Positions 1 through 13,032 of a DNA stretch of 64,000 bases are shown here, piece by piece (the first letter of the stretch is position 1; every line of letters begins with the position of its first letter). The notes beneath the pieces were generated by a model. The model was not told where the DNA came from. It saw only the letters and a list, made by a program, of their open reading frames with translations, and did no database searches. The position numbers and the translations under genes were made by a program. The stretch comes from Antedon mediterranea (Eukaryota; Animalia; Echinodermata), in contig NC_092671.1 in NCBI RefSeq assembly GCF_964355755.1, positions 11,346,001 through 11,410,000 on the forward strand. Reading direction: 5' to 3'.

Positions 1-1713
1 CCTCAACACATGTTCTGTTTGATTTTGAGCATTCTGAAAAACCGTCTTTTTTAGGATTTAATTTTATTTTCTAATCAATTATATTTATTTCAACTAAATA
101 GCAATAATAATTATTCGACGGTATTATTATCGATTCCCCCACATTGGTTTAATAATTCTTTTATTTACAAATTTGCAAAAAAGTACACACATTTAAAGAA
201 ATTTTTGGACAAAGATATTCAGAAAGATGTTCTGTTCTTTTTATAAAAGGGATTAAGAGAAGAATACAATATAGCCTAAGCGATAGACTCGAAGAATAGA
301 CTCGGTAAAATCTAACTAAAGTTAAGTGTTGTAAATCTGACGGCGCCAGGTAATAATGGGGTGTTCGCGAGCCACAACCTGATGACGTCACATTGAACAT
401 TAAAAAAAATAAATCAACATTGTTGTTTTATTTTTATGAGCTTTCAAAATAAATATGGGTTTCTTGAGAATGTATCCAATGTTTACGATCATTTTCTTAG
501 AGCATAAAGAATTATTATCTTCCGAACAAACATAAAAAAAGAAGATTTTGAGACTTAAACCGAAAAACAATAAGCAGAATAAGTTGTATGTTTATTATGC
601 TAAGAACAAAGGTTCGAATATCATCAAGTTTGGCACCTGGTGTATTGAAAAGGGCGTGGTTTAATGGGTACCCGTTTAATTAATGGTACGCTTTGTGACA
701 TAACTTTAGGTGTGTATTTACTTTCTTCTGAATTTCATCAGTAAAATTGTCAGAGGGGCGTTGGGAGGTGACCAGGTGTCTTTTCTCGTGTCGGGTCCCG
801 TCCACAAATATGGTGAGGTACCATGGTGATCGATGTACTACATTTTGGCTACGATTGGATGAGGATCACTTTCCCATAGTCTATACTATATTTATAGGTA
901 TACATTACTAATCGTATTTTTGTCCATGTTGACACCAAATGTTAATTGCATTTTTAATTAATGCATTGAAAATCAATGATGAACTCTTATGACCTATCAT
1001 TATACCTACTTGATTAAATCGGTGGCTATGTAGCCTTTGTTGAAAAAGTAGTTTAATATTAAGTGGGATCATTACAAAGATAGGCCTAGATTTGTCTAGC
1101 CGTCCGGCTACTTGTCGATAACGGCTTTTGATTCTATGCAAACCCCATTTTAACCACACAGTTTAATGTTTAGATGTATTGTTTTAGATGGGTAGTCAAA
1201 TTGGTGCCACTTGGATCGTTGGATATTGTAAATACCCTTGTCGGCCGGTTGGTCTTTTAGTAGCCCTAATCATCTATTGTGTTATATGATCGATATCACT
1301 TAACTTTCTTAACGTTACCCGACATGCAATCCTAAACCCCCTTCCTCTTAGAACACTTTGAAATCCAGCGGTGGATTAACATTTTGATCGGTCCATTGAT
1401 GAATTAGATATATCTAAATTGTTGTCTTCGCAGGTATTGTTAGATAATGTCTATACAGTACCAACAGTGTGCCTAGTATACTTGTTTTAAGATAAGCTCC
1501 TATTTAATCACCGATAATTCATTGTTAATTGACAAACTTTACAGAAACATTTACAATAATTATCAACAATCAGTTGACTTTAGCTCTTTGTTATAAAATA
1601 TCGCGAATGTGTTCTATAATTACATAACAGTTTAAATGTTACCTCATTAATATTACTCTCCAGGTAAACACCAACTGATTTTATACGGCAGTACATAAGT
1701 TTAAATGTATCAT

Positions 1714-2058
1714 TTTATTATTTATTTATTTTATTTTATTTCTTTAGGCAATGTGGCCAAGGATTACCAATAGTAAATGTATCACTGTCCTATCAGATAG
1801 GCCTGATACAGGGGCTATTTTGTGAACCAGTTCCCCAGCGTAACCCCCTACTCTTTTCGAATAATGAACTGGGTTCTTTAAAGTGCACACAGGTTATAAC
1901 TGTGTACACTGGACCTACGGTTTATAGTCCTTACCCGAGAAGACTTGTTCCTCCACCAGAACTAGGAGCGAGTCGGCCTCGAACTCTTACCGATGTTGTT
2001 GGCTCTTTAGGTACGGTAAACGGCTCCCCTGCCTTAACCGCTCGGCCATTTGACTCGC
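1714..2058 (-). mobile_element. tRNA-derived SINE with Deu/Nin-like central domain
   Basis: Minus strand reads an A-box-like TGGCCGAGCGGTTAAGG and a B-box-like GAGTTCGAGGCC. The core GGACTATAAACCGTAGGTCC...AAAGAACCC...TTCGAAAAGAGTAGGGGG resembles the Deu domain. The tail is (AAAT)n. Confidence 0.75.
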
Positions 2059-3373
2059 TCTTTGTTATTATATATCGCTAATGTGTTCTATAATTAAAAG
2101 TTTAATGTTACCTCATTCAATATTACTGTCCAGGTGAACACCAACTTTTGGTTCAAAATATAATGTACATAATGTATCTTTATACCAATACAAAGACAAA
2201 AGCATTCTCACTGATTTCCTCATTTTCATCGTGTATAAATACATTTTAATTTCCAATGTTGTCACCAGGCAGTAATTTCTAATTCATATGTTTATTTTCA
2301 ATTACATTACATGAAACTGGACTAGGCCAATACTCACTATTCAGTGAGGCATTCTGAAATAATAGGTCTCATTTTCAATTTTACTAAATATATTTATAGT
2401 ACATATACGGTACTTACAATAGATGAATAATAATGAGAAGAATAATTCATTAATATTAACACCTACTCTAATTGGTAGACTCTAATTATAAATAAATACT
2501 CGTTATTTTTTAATTACTACAATATCCTTCTGGCCTGTACATCGGAACAATTCAAATTGATTTAAATAAACCAATTCCTACGGCGAGCACACTGCCATTG
2601 ACTTCAATCAAGTTTTAGTGGCGACGAAGATTGTCCCAATAACGATGACCTAAAGAGAGACATCTTGAGCAACTTTAGTTTAGAAGTGTTAAATCTGTAT
2701 AAAGGCCTAGACAACTACAGGTATATCATAAATTCAACGGAAATAAGATTTACCATCTATATAAGCGGTCGAGTAAGATGACAAACGGAAGTAGGAAGAT
2801 GATATTATGTACAGTAATACAACATTATATAGGGCTAACACTATTGTATTAATGTTTCTGTTAACAGAGCCCATGACAAAACAAAACACCGAACTGATGG
2901 AAAATGTAATTGTTATAACTAAATAATGTAAAGTAATAAAGGGGGAGCCACTTTATACAAATAGATTATGGCATTGATATTACATCTAAAACACATTATT
3001 TTATGACGTGATGAAAAGGCTTCCCCAGCCGAAAATGTTTTCTTATTATATTGTAACATAGGCATATTTCCTCTATGGTAGGCCAATGTTTTCAAACTAA
3101 ATAGCCCAAGTTACGAGTGCGTGGGTTTCTATGAAACAGTGCTGGGTGTTTGGTAAAACGACCACAATGAAGGCGATAAGTTTTGTTTCATTTCATCCTT
3201 CATTTACTGAAACAATGAATGATTGGTATGAATGGAGAATCAGAGAATAAAGGAAGGTGTGATTAAAACAATATATAACGGAAGAAACTAAATAAAGAGT
3301 TACAGAAAAATGATGATGCCGATAATAATATTAATGTTGATAATGATTATAATAATGATGATTTGTTTGTCTT

Positions 3374-3533
3374 GAGCTCTGTCTACACTATCAAACTAGT
3401 TTGACAAAAAAAAGTGTGATGTGCCCAAATATGGTAGTTATATACCCAAATATGGTAATGATAAGGCATCACCATGTCCATATATGGGCACATCACATGA
3501 TTTTGTCAAAGTTTGATAGTGTAGACAAGGCTT
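3374..3533. mobile_element. MITE family 1, copy 1
   Basis: TIRs AGCTCTGTCTACACTATCAAAC ... GTTTGATAGTGTAGACAAGGCT, with internal 21-bp GCCCAAATATGGTAGT repeats. Related copies at 10515 and 24878. Confidence 0.8.
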
Positions 3534-6500
3534 TATAAAATCTAACGCAGACGATCATCATATTATCACGGAATTATTATTACTAGATGGTTCTCGAATA
3601 CACAGTAATTTCAGCGTAAAAAATGTACGTACAGCAGGACTATAGTACATTGTCATTTACAGAAACGAATCAATAGACATGATGATTTATGTAAAATTAA
3701 CACCCTGGGAATTAGGCCTTGTCTTAAAAATGAGTCCAATTTTTTTATCTGAACTCATTTAAACAAACCCAATTTGTGTTTTGTATATAACATTAGAGTT
3801 GAGGGATGGGGAAGAAGATGGGAAGAACAATTTTTAAATATATTCTCTATCCACTCAGTAACGAAATATTGTTTAAAATGTTTTATAGGCCTATTAATAA
3901 TATACCACTAAACACAGTAAAACATTTACGATTTATAATGCTTTTTTAAAACTTTCCGTGTTATACGGTAGTCGACCGAAATAGTAAAGTACATAACGAT
4001 ACACTACTACGACGTTTATATTTTTTATAATTATTAATTACTACAAACGTTGAGAAGCAACTGTCAGTAATCTACCCACAATCACAGTAATAAATGTTCT
4101 TTGTATATTTTGTTTATATATCTAACAGTAACCACATTCACAGTAAGACAGTTTAGATTCAAATGGCGAACAAAAATGGTTAATACGTACAGTATTCACA
4201 ATATTGTCAAAGTATTGCAATACTATATATAAGTTTTATTCTCCACGGGCCCATAAATTTACCTTCCTGTTGTTAAACCAATGGCTCATAAATTTACCTA
4301 CAAACTGGGAGTCTGAGAGATTGGAATGTTCCATTCATCGCAAATCAATACATTTGTTTAAACGTATATTAAATCTATCAAAATAGTATTTTTTTAAAGA
4401 AAATCGGCCTGTCTTCAACATTATACTGTACTCGAGCTGTTCAACCGGTTTTCAGCTATTAAAAACAATTATCGTAGGAGGAGATAGGAAAATGCGAAGT
4501 ATCCTCGTATTATTGTGTGCAGGTATTTTTCATGAGGACATCCATTAGAACCTAAATTCGTTTTAATCGTCAATAACTAATTATCTAACTAAATTTAATT
4601 AGTAAACAGGGTTACATCAGGTGGTTAAAATCAGTACCGAGATTCTAACCAACTTTATACACCATCGAGTAAACATTCTAGAAATAACGCGCGATTTACC
4701 GAATGTTGCCCTTACGTAAATTTATATATAGATTATATTATTGTTGTATAAATTGTATTTTTAAATAGTACTTTTATAGACTGTAGTGATTGTCAATAAT
4801 AAAAAGTATTTATTTGGTAAATTACACAAACCAACAGTGGTGTTGGTAGTCTATGAGTGCTGCTTACCTGGATAAACCGACAATATAGCCTCTCTCTCCG
4901 AAGAGAGGATACAATTTACGAAAAACAAAAATCCGTATATATAACATTTTAACATTATCATAAACGGTTGTTCATCCTTAAACAGTATGAAACAAAGAAT
5001 GATAACCCAATTATTCATTAAAATAATTTTATAATAATTGTATTGTGTGAAAACACAGAATAATCGTATTATTTAGTAGGGCCTATAATAACTATAATAG
5101 TAGTGTTTATATATTTAACCGCAGCCACGTCAATTCTGTGCTAGCATGATGCACAATTTACTACTATATAGAATTAATATAGTAATAACTACTGAGGCTG
5201 AATTAAACGCGGACGCTGACTGAGTGTATCGCGTAAAAATATCGTCACGACGTATTTTTTTTAATATTATGTAAACATTGCATTTATTATACAGTTTTCA
5301 TTCCATTAAGCACACTCGTAATTGGCGTAATTATCATCTTAACATAGTCTTCGTATATAGTGGAAAAGTCTGCTATATGTTTGCACCACATAGACATTCG
5401 TTTTAGGCCCATGGTCAATTCAATTATCCATGTTAAACTGCTAGGACTAAGTACATCAGCGGTTGTTTAAGAGTTCCATTTTCTGATTTTACTCAACGCG
5501 TTGTCTTTTAAACAAATGAAAATAATTGTTCATAATTGGGTAATCTTGGGGTGTCTTTCGTTTTAGTAAGTAAATGGATTTAGCGTAAGAATACCATGCA
5601 CTTCAGATAGAAAAAAATAATACGTTAGAATGTATGATAACCTCCCGACTATTTTCTTCTTGTTTTATTAGAGTACTGTAGTATCAAATAGTCAATATGG
5701 TTGTGCAAATCGTCTTAGGGTATATATCGCATGTTTTTATGTTAGACATGACATGACACCTGCGTAAAAAAGACACAGTGAGCTATGACATTTTTGTACC
5801 ATTATTTGTGTTATGTTATGGGTAAAATAGCAGGCCTGAATAACATACCTCGGCCAAAACAGTTAGTTAAGTTAACAAAGTTTCTGATTGGCCAGTCGTG
5901 TAATAAATAATCACTGTATTCGCACGCGTATGTCTAAATGTAAAATCTAAGGATCGCTTTACTAATTGACTTAACTTAGCTGTGTTTTACACGATCTCCC
6001 GACGGCGAGGTCTTAACAATACAAACATTTTCTACCATTACGTAATCGACGAATCACATCTATTATCATTTTAATGGTTTCTGTTTAAACATGAGTCGCT
6101 TATATTAAGGAAGAATTGTGTATTTCATAGGAATAGCTTTGTTTTTCATTTCAATACCATGTGGTCTTAGTTGAGGCCTATAGAAATATCAATGGATTAT
6201 CGCGTATACGTCTTAGTTAACATATTTCTTTTAAGAAGGAAAATAGGTTGGTTAACTCATTTTGAGATTTTAACAATTAAAAAAATCGATAAATGATTTT
6301 TTGTTGTGTTATGTCATATGTAGGCCTACAGATACGACTGTTCTCAAGATACTGTGTTACCCGTTCATTCTACACATGCGAGGGAAGGCCTCACATGAAT
6401 CTTTAATCCTCCCATGCATTTGACCTATCGGTAATTATGTATGTGTTGAAGAGTCCCTATCCAATCGAATTTGGACATCTGCATATCTCTTTCTCTGATA

Positions 6501-7539
6501 TTGAAAGGCTCCCTCCCCATACCCATCACAATGAGAAATAAAGGGCATTAGGCCTATGGAAAATACACATCTGAAATTGTCTCTTGTCGATCAATGCATT
6601 GCTGTTCATGTGTATCACCCTCTCTAAACCTCCATCAGATTGAGTCTAATCAACTTAAAACAGTATGTAATGCACTTAGGCCTACAACTTACCGTCGACT
6701 TGACTCAAAAACTCTGATTGACTACCCACCGCTAACTACCTCCTCAGCTTTTCTTCTCGAATCCGTATTGCATTTTTAATAACTATCATGCAAATTAAGC
6801 CTTTGTTTGTTGGTGCATATTGGCGGTGCACTACCCGGTGAGGTTGTATTTATTCTCGTCCCCATAAACAGACTACTGTATTATTAAGTTACGCCATATT
6901 ACATTTACCATTAATTAATTACCAAATCATAGCATGTTTATAAATTGTATCCTCATCCTCAGTAACTTTTTTGCGCATGGTTTATGAAATTTTACACAAA
7001 GCTTGAATTTGGTGAAAAGGGTTTCATCTGGAATTAGTTAACTATAATCATACATGGAACACATCACATAACGAAATGTCATTTTTATTTACAAATATTT
7101 GAATGATATCAGCACAATCATTGTATCTGAAGCAACAACAACGAACAATATTTTATGTTCAAATATCAAGAATGTACAAAAGTTAATCATTTGAACAATA
7201 TAATAATGATAATTTATCAATGAAAATAATAATAGTCACTAGCCGTTGTATACGTACATTGACTTGACAAAGTCAACCCCCTTAAACTAAAGCATTGTAG
7301 GCTATACATTAATAAATAAATTGTTGCATGTGCAAAGGTGTGTATTAGCTTGTATGAAATAAACTTTTGTTATCAGTTTGGTTATTCGATTTGACCAATC
7401 CGCCGCACAAGCGATGGATTATTCGGACTGTGATGATATCGCTTGTTATTGGTCAACTCGCTTGCGTTTTGTTTAAGTCCTAGTGGGAACCAAGCTTTTA
7501 GCAAGAGAACGTGGCTGTGTATATTTGAACTAAGCACTA

Positions 7540-9361
7540 TTAATGTGTTGGAGACCGACTACTTGTTCCGAACGGTGACGGAACTTGTCGAAGCCACGGT
7601 GAATTCCGACGATATCCGAATTGTCCGTTGTATCCACAATTTGGTTTTGCGTCTTGCATGAACTGCGCATGTCCATTTACTTGGTCTTTTGAGTGGCCAG
7701 CTACGAAGGATATAAAGAAAGATTTCGTAATATTATTTTTACTGGAAGGAATGTATGATGTACTTTTATAGAACTTTTATAGTTAGGACGTTAACAGTAC
7801 TGTATTATTATTGTTATAGTATGAGACTTTAAGCCCAAGTGTCCCACATAAAGCTTGGTTCGCACTAGGCAACGAAAGGACGTAAGAGCAACGCAAGAGA
7901 GTTGACCAATGACACTGATAGTTCAAAATAATCCATCGCTTGCCATTGATCAAATTACTTTGCGCTTACGTCCTTGCGCTACGTCCTAGTGGGAACCAAG
8001 CTTTATTTGGACACACCTACGGGACAATACGAACGAGGGAAAGTATGTTTTAACACTACGGTCAATAGGCCTACCTATCAATCGGGTGGCTCAATACCGG
8101 GGTTCTTCTGTATATAAATATTGTTGTTATAATAATAAATTGAAGAATGATGGTGCATTGGTGGCATTTATATTGTTAAAAATGTGATGGCGAGGACGAT
8201 GACGTCATTTAAAATAATAATTTACCTTTGGCAGAATTGGGGGCGTCGTTTCTTGCGTGGAGGTATTTGTAGCCAGCGCCCGATTCGATGAACCTATCAA
8301 TGACGGGACCGTCGATCGAACACCCACCTTTGCTCTGAAAACAAATAAAAATATTATTTAAACAAAATATAAAAAAAAAACAATTATATAATTATTCTAC
8401 AGATATCTATGCCCTTCTTGTCATACGTATTAATATTTGTTTGTCTTCATTCATTAGAATAAAACTGAAATAAATGAAAAATGGTACTAGAGCAATAATG
8501 AAGACCAAGAAAATACAATACATAATTATTCATAGCCTCGTAGCTTAATGATATTATTAAGGACTAAATTATTATTTTATCATGTGGACAAGTGGTGTGA
8601 TACATTAACCTTACTGTTCATACAATAATCGTATATAGATTGCTATAGCAAATAGCAACAAGATCTGTAATCTAAGTATTGGAATATAATAATATACTTT
8701 CTCTATGTCGATATTTTCTCGCTGTACCACTGTTTTACATAAATAGCTCTATCCAGGATTTAAAATGCAAAAGGGGAGGGGGTGTATGAGGCGTGCAAAA
8801 CAATTTGGTTGTTGAACAGACTTTCAAGAATCCACCCATTTTTAATCGTTATGATAGTACTTAAAACACATACTATACGGACTGGTAGATCGTAGAAAAA
8901 AAAATCTAACTAATGTAAGTTAAATTTATGACTAAAGCATCTTAATAACATGTAATGTACTTGAACATTTTATATCATAAAACCCTACCAGGTACACTAC
9001 CATGCGATACCGGGCCCCTACCTGGGGATACCGGGTACTACCGGGCGAAGATTTAGCATGACCGAACATAACAGCATCTATTCTAAGTATTCGTCTCGTT
9101 CTGACCTACCTGACCAGTTTTTTGAAGTACCTCTGGCACTTTTTCCCGATGAAAATACATTTGAACGTGTTTGTCTTTTTGAGAATTATAAGGAGGAATA
9201 GCTGGCCCGAGTTTAGGTTGGGCCATAGCATAGTCATTTGATATACTGCTAACAGCTATACAATCCAATAAAAACTCCTTTTCCTTCTGTTCCATTTCTT
9301 CGATAGTTGGCGATGGCGGTCCTCTGTGAGACTTCTTCTTGATTTCTGCTTGATTCGGCAT
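7540..9361 (-). CDS. C17orf98/SPMAP1 (DUF4542)-like sperm/ciliary microtubule-associated protein; exons 9361-9110, 8334-8226, 7700-7540
   Basis: GT-AG introns with consistent phases (0,1). Motifs EKEFLLDCIAV, PAIPPYNSQKDKH, GGCSIDGPVIDRF, GAGYKYLHARN and GYNGQFGYRRNSPWLRQVPSPFG match the family as I recognise it. Confidence 0.85.
7851..8003. mobile_element. MITE family 2 in intron 2 (partial related copy at ~7410-7499)
   Basis: TIRs AAAGCTTGGTTCGCACTAGG ... CCTAGTGGGAACCAAGCTTT. Confidence 0.75.
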
Positions 9362-9513
9362 TGTTTATTGTATTTACAGTATATTCAATTATTAATTAGA
9401 AATTAAAAGCCTTCCAATATATCTTCAAATTGGTAACTTACTGGCGTGAACAACAAACACACGCGAATGTTAAGTTGAATGCTAAACCTGGTGAGGTGTC
9501 AACAACACAGCTT

Positions 9514-9527
9514 GTTGCTATGCAAGA
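9514..9527. promoter_or_regulatory. Possible RFX half-site upstream of the SPMAP1-like gene
   Basis: GTTGCTATG lies ~150 bp upstream of the ATG, with a forkhead-like GTAAACA at ~9537. Short motifs, so these could be chance. Confidence 0.3.
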
Positions 9528-10109
9528 GTCCCAAGAGTAAACATTGAAACGGAAAGAGAGTTCGTAACCAGCTTACAAGAGGTTCACCCTTTGTACTTTG
9601 CTACTTTAAATCGTAAACCATTGTAATGGAAACAATCAAACGAACAATCGCGTCATCTTAGGAGATTATAACTATCTTCACTTTGCCACAGTCAAACACA
9701 TATTCTGTTAACCCACTAACTAGGCATTTTCATTCTTATTTGAGGGTGTACCATGCGTGCAAAATCTATCCTATGCCATGTATATTAATATATTACAGCA
9801 TTAAAAATAATCAGCATAATCATGCTATAATTTTACAGTGCCTGTTACCAGTAGTAGCCTACAGTTCATTTGTTTCGTTACCGTAAGTTTTAGTAAAATA
9901 ACATGAAGATGCATTTAGATCATTCTTGTTACAAACTATAAAATCTTTATAATTTTATATAAGCCTACTAATTAAAGGTCATTAAAATAAGTTAGAATTT
10001 TAATTTGTCCGAATGTTGTTAGACCTTGACCTTATAGATGAATCCATTTTTCTAATAATTTATCGATATATTAATTATACATGTACTGAAGACGAATGAA
10101 ACAGGCCTA

Positions 10110-11131
10110 TTAAGCTAATAATGTACGTTCAGACTTTACTACGAACCTTTGCATTCTGAACATCGCCCCCGACGGTAACTCTTCTGGTATTGTTCTCGAC
10201 ATCACACTATGTACTCCTTTTTTACGCAGGTAGCCCATCGTGTGTGAATCCTTCAATGAGTTATACGTAGGTACCAAAGGTCTGAATGGATACTTTGTAA
10301 CAGCATTTGTGGCAACGACGCTATCTACGATGAACTCGTGCCGTTTTTCCTGAAGCTGGACGGCAGTCGGTGGTCGTGGAAGTCGACGTCGACCAGAAAG
10401 GGTGTTACTCCAACGGGCTTGGGATTCATCATCTTTTGTGTTCCTTTTCTAGAAGTAGAAAATAAATCACTGATTTGGACATTTTATTTTGGTTCTAGTT
10501 GGTTCATATTTTTAAAGCTCGGTCTACACTTTAACTTTATATGAAAAATGCGATGTGCCCATATATGAACATGATGATGTCACATCACTACCATATTTTG
10601 GTAAATCACCACCATATTTGGGCACATCACATTTTTTTGTCAAACTAGTTTGATAGGTAGCGTAGACAGAGCTTAAGAATACTAAAGATTGTGTTATTTA
10701 ATAAACCAAATGCGCTCCATTCCGTTTGTAATTTTCAGCATCCCCAATCTTAAATTACGTCATATAGGCCTAAAACAAACAATTAAACATGTATTGTTCC
10801 AATACATAGGCTATAATTAGTTTGATTTGAAATGTAAATATTTACAACGCACCCCTTCAGCATAAACAGTTTTCTTGAGGACACGTTGTACCAAAGGCGA
10901 TAAAAAGTACGCACGCGCGTAGTGATCACGAAGAGCGTCATATTTCGGTATGATGTCAGGACTCCATTTGTAACGCCTCTTTTCAATGGAGATGCAGTCA
11001 AGGATAAACAGATCCTCAAGCTCTTTGACTTGGTCTGGTGTTGGCTCAGGTGTTGATAAATTCTTAATAGAATCTTTGCGCCACAATGGGCTGTTAAACA
11101 TAACTCGACCACTCACTGTGGATGGTGACAT
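10110..11131 (-). CDS. SPMAP1/DUF4542-related paralog made of two tandem N-terminal modules; exons 11131-10853, 10448-10110
   Basis: Exon 1 encodes PTPDQVKELEDLFILDCIS..IIPKYDALRDHYARAYF. After a phase-0 intron, exon 2 encodes PPTAVQLQEKRHEFIVDSVVA..PLVPTYNSLKDSHTMGY. An upstream acceptor (~11145) and donor (~11595) suggest a 5' exon. Confidence 0.65.
10515..10674. mobile_element. MITE family 1, copy 2 (inverted, intronic)
   Basis: AAGCTCGGTCTACACT ... GTAGACAGAGCTT, with the same internal sequence as the 3374 copy in reverse orientation. Confidence 0.75.
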
Positions 11132-11727
11132 TCTCGAAGTGCTCTGTAATTTGTAAAAAAAGCAATTATGATTCTTTATAAATGAAAATTAATCAAAGTT
11201 GTGTAAATAATAAGTCGCCTTGCTTAAGTTGCAATACCAAACAGAAATTCAAGTAGAAATAATGTTATTTAATTATTTGAAAGATTTGTTTTAAGTTATA
11301 ATTTACCGCTCGTAAAGTTTACGATATAATACTTATTGTTAAATGATAAAAAGGTTAGAAACAATGCTAAAAAATGAATTTTGTAAATACTAATAAGTCT
11401 TTATTGTGTGCGTGTAAGGAATGCTAAGAAAAATTTAATGAGAGACCAGTTTTATATTATCATTATGAATCGTGTCCCTGCAGTATTACCAAAACACACC
11501 ACGGGCCTAAATGAGTAGAGGTCCAATGATAAAAGATAATTTTATATCAATAATAAGACTACAAACATTTATAAACTATTTCTATGATTTCTTACCTAAA
11601 CTTTGCGAAGATAAATAATATCCCTAATAGTAATAAGCTCTGAAATCGCAGACACGAACTTTTCAAGACTAAACAGCAACTACCGTAAGTTAAAGTTAAC
11701 ATTTGCTCATATACTTATCATCAATCA

Positions 11728-11741
11728 GTTTCTATAGTTAC
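11728..11741. promoter_or_regulatory. RFX X-box candidate
   Basis: GTTTCTATAGTTAC (reverse complement GTAACTATAGAAAC) fits GTNRCYATRGNAAC and lies just upstream of the putative 5' exon of the ciliary-type gene. Confidence 0.45.
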
Positions 11742-13032
11742 AAGTAATTTGAACTTTCATAATGTTTGTATCGACTTTTTTTTATTAAGAATAATATCGA
11801 GTGTTCATTACAAGAAGAACAAAGCTTTCCAGTAGGGTCACCCCGTTAAAACCAAAAACTGTTGTCAGCAGTCAGCAATTAGGAGACAGTGAATAGACCT
11901 AGGGTTGATTGACGCGGGTTGATGTATATTGTATAAAAAGACCCGCGGAGACCACGATAAACAACTTTCTTGTCTTTTATTCATTTCTACTCATTATTAA
12001 ATCTCCAGAAGTTGTACGGAAATTTTGTTGTCACTGTGTCAATCATAATAAAAATAGTACCACGTTTAATTAAATGACAAATAACGATTGAAATTAAATA
12101 ACATAAGAATAAATAATCATATAACAATTGCATTTATTTTTATTTGTTAATAATAACAGTAGGCCTATAATAAAAGTAATTACCAATTATATTTTTAATA
12201 ATAATAATAATAGTATTGACAACAACAATAATTATAATACATAGATAATAACATTAACTCTATCATAAAGGTTAAGTATTGCTCTGTCAATAATTATTTT
12301 GTGTTTTTGACTATTTCATTTTATTTCATATAACTTGTATAATTCGCTTCTTATTTAAATGTTGTTTTTGATACCTTTCTTTTTGTTATTTTGCCTTGTA
12401 AATAAAAAATCTTATAAACGTGTGCAGCTGTTTCAAAAGCGTTTGTTCATATCAATAAATATGGAAACAGTCTTGTTCTGACTTAGTGATTCGAAAGTTG
12501 TGTGCGAAACTTATAGATTTCGATAAAGTAATGCGCGTCCATATCTTATTGTTTGTTTTAACCTTTTATTTTATATCTGGTAAAAGATAGTGAACAATTC
12601 AGTATTTTAAATTTAGCTTGGGGTGCGACGACGACGTCCACTGTGAAGTTCAATACGCCCTCAACTTGTTGTAATTCTATGCGATTGGTACAATTTATAC
12701 CCAATGACAAAGCACCGCATTAACTATTACCATAATAAAGGAAAGCGGTAGCAATATAGTTAAGGTTTATTATTCGGGTTAGGCTAAGCGTAAAGAGTAA
12801 TAACACAAGGAATATTCACGTCTGAAATGATGCGTGATAGGCGTTCTTTTCATTGCACAAAATAACAATAGTAAATTGACCCTGATCTGACTAAGCGCAA
12901 GATTTTTTATAGAACACACCCTTGACATAACTGACAATTTCATCGTGTATTGTAGATCTGTCTTAAATACAAAACTGGGGGACCCTGTCAGTTGTTTTGA
13001 TTCTACAGTTTGGTACTAATATCAACGTCAAG

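Noticed and set aside
718-885. GC-richer block that could be a minus-strand exon
   Set aside because: A possible donor exists, but there is no recognisable product or partner exon, so it cannot be supported.
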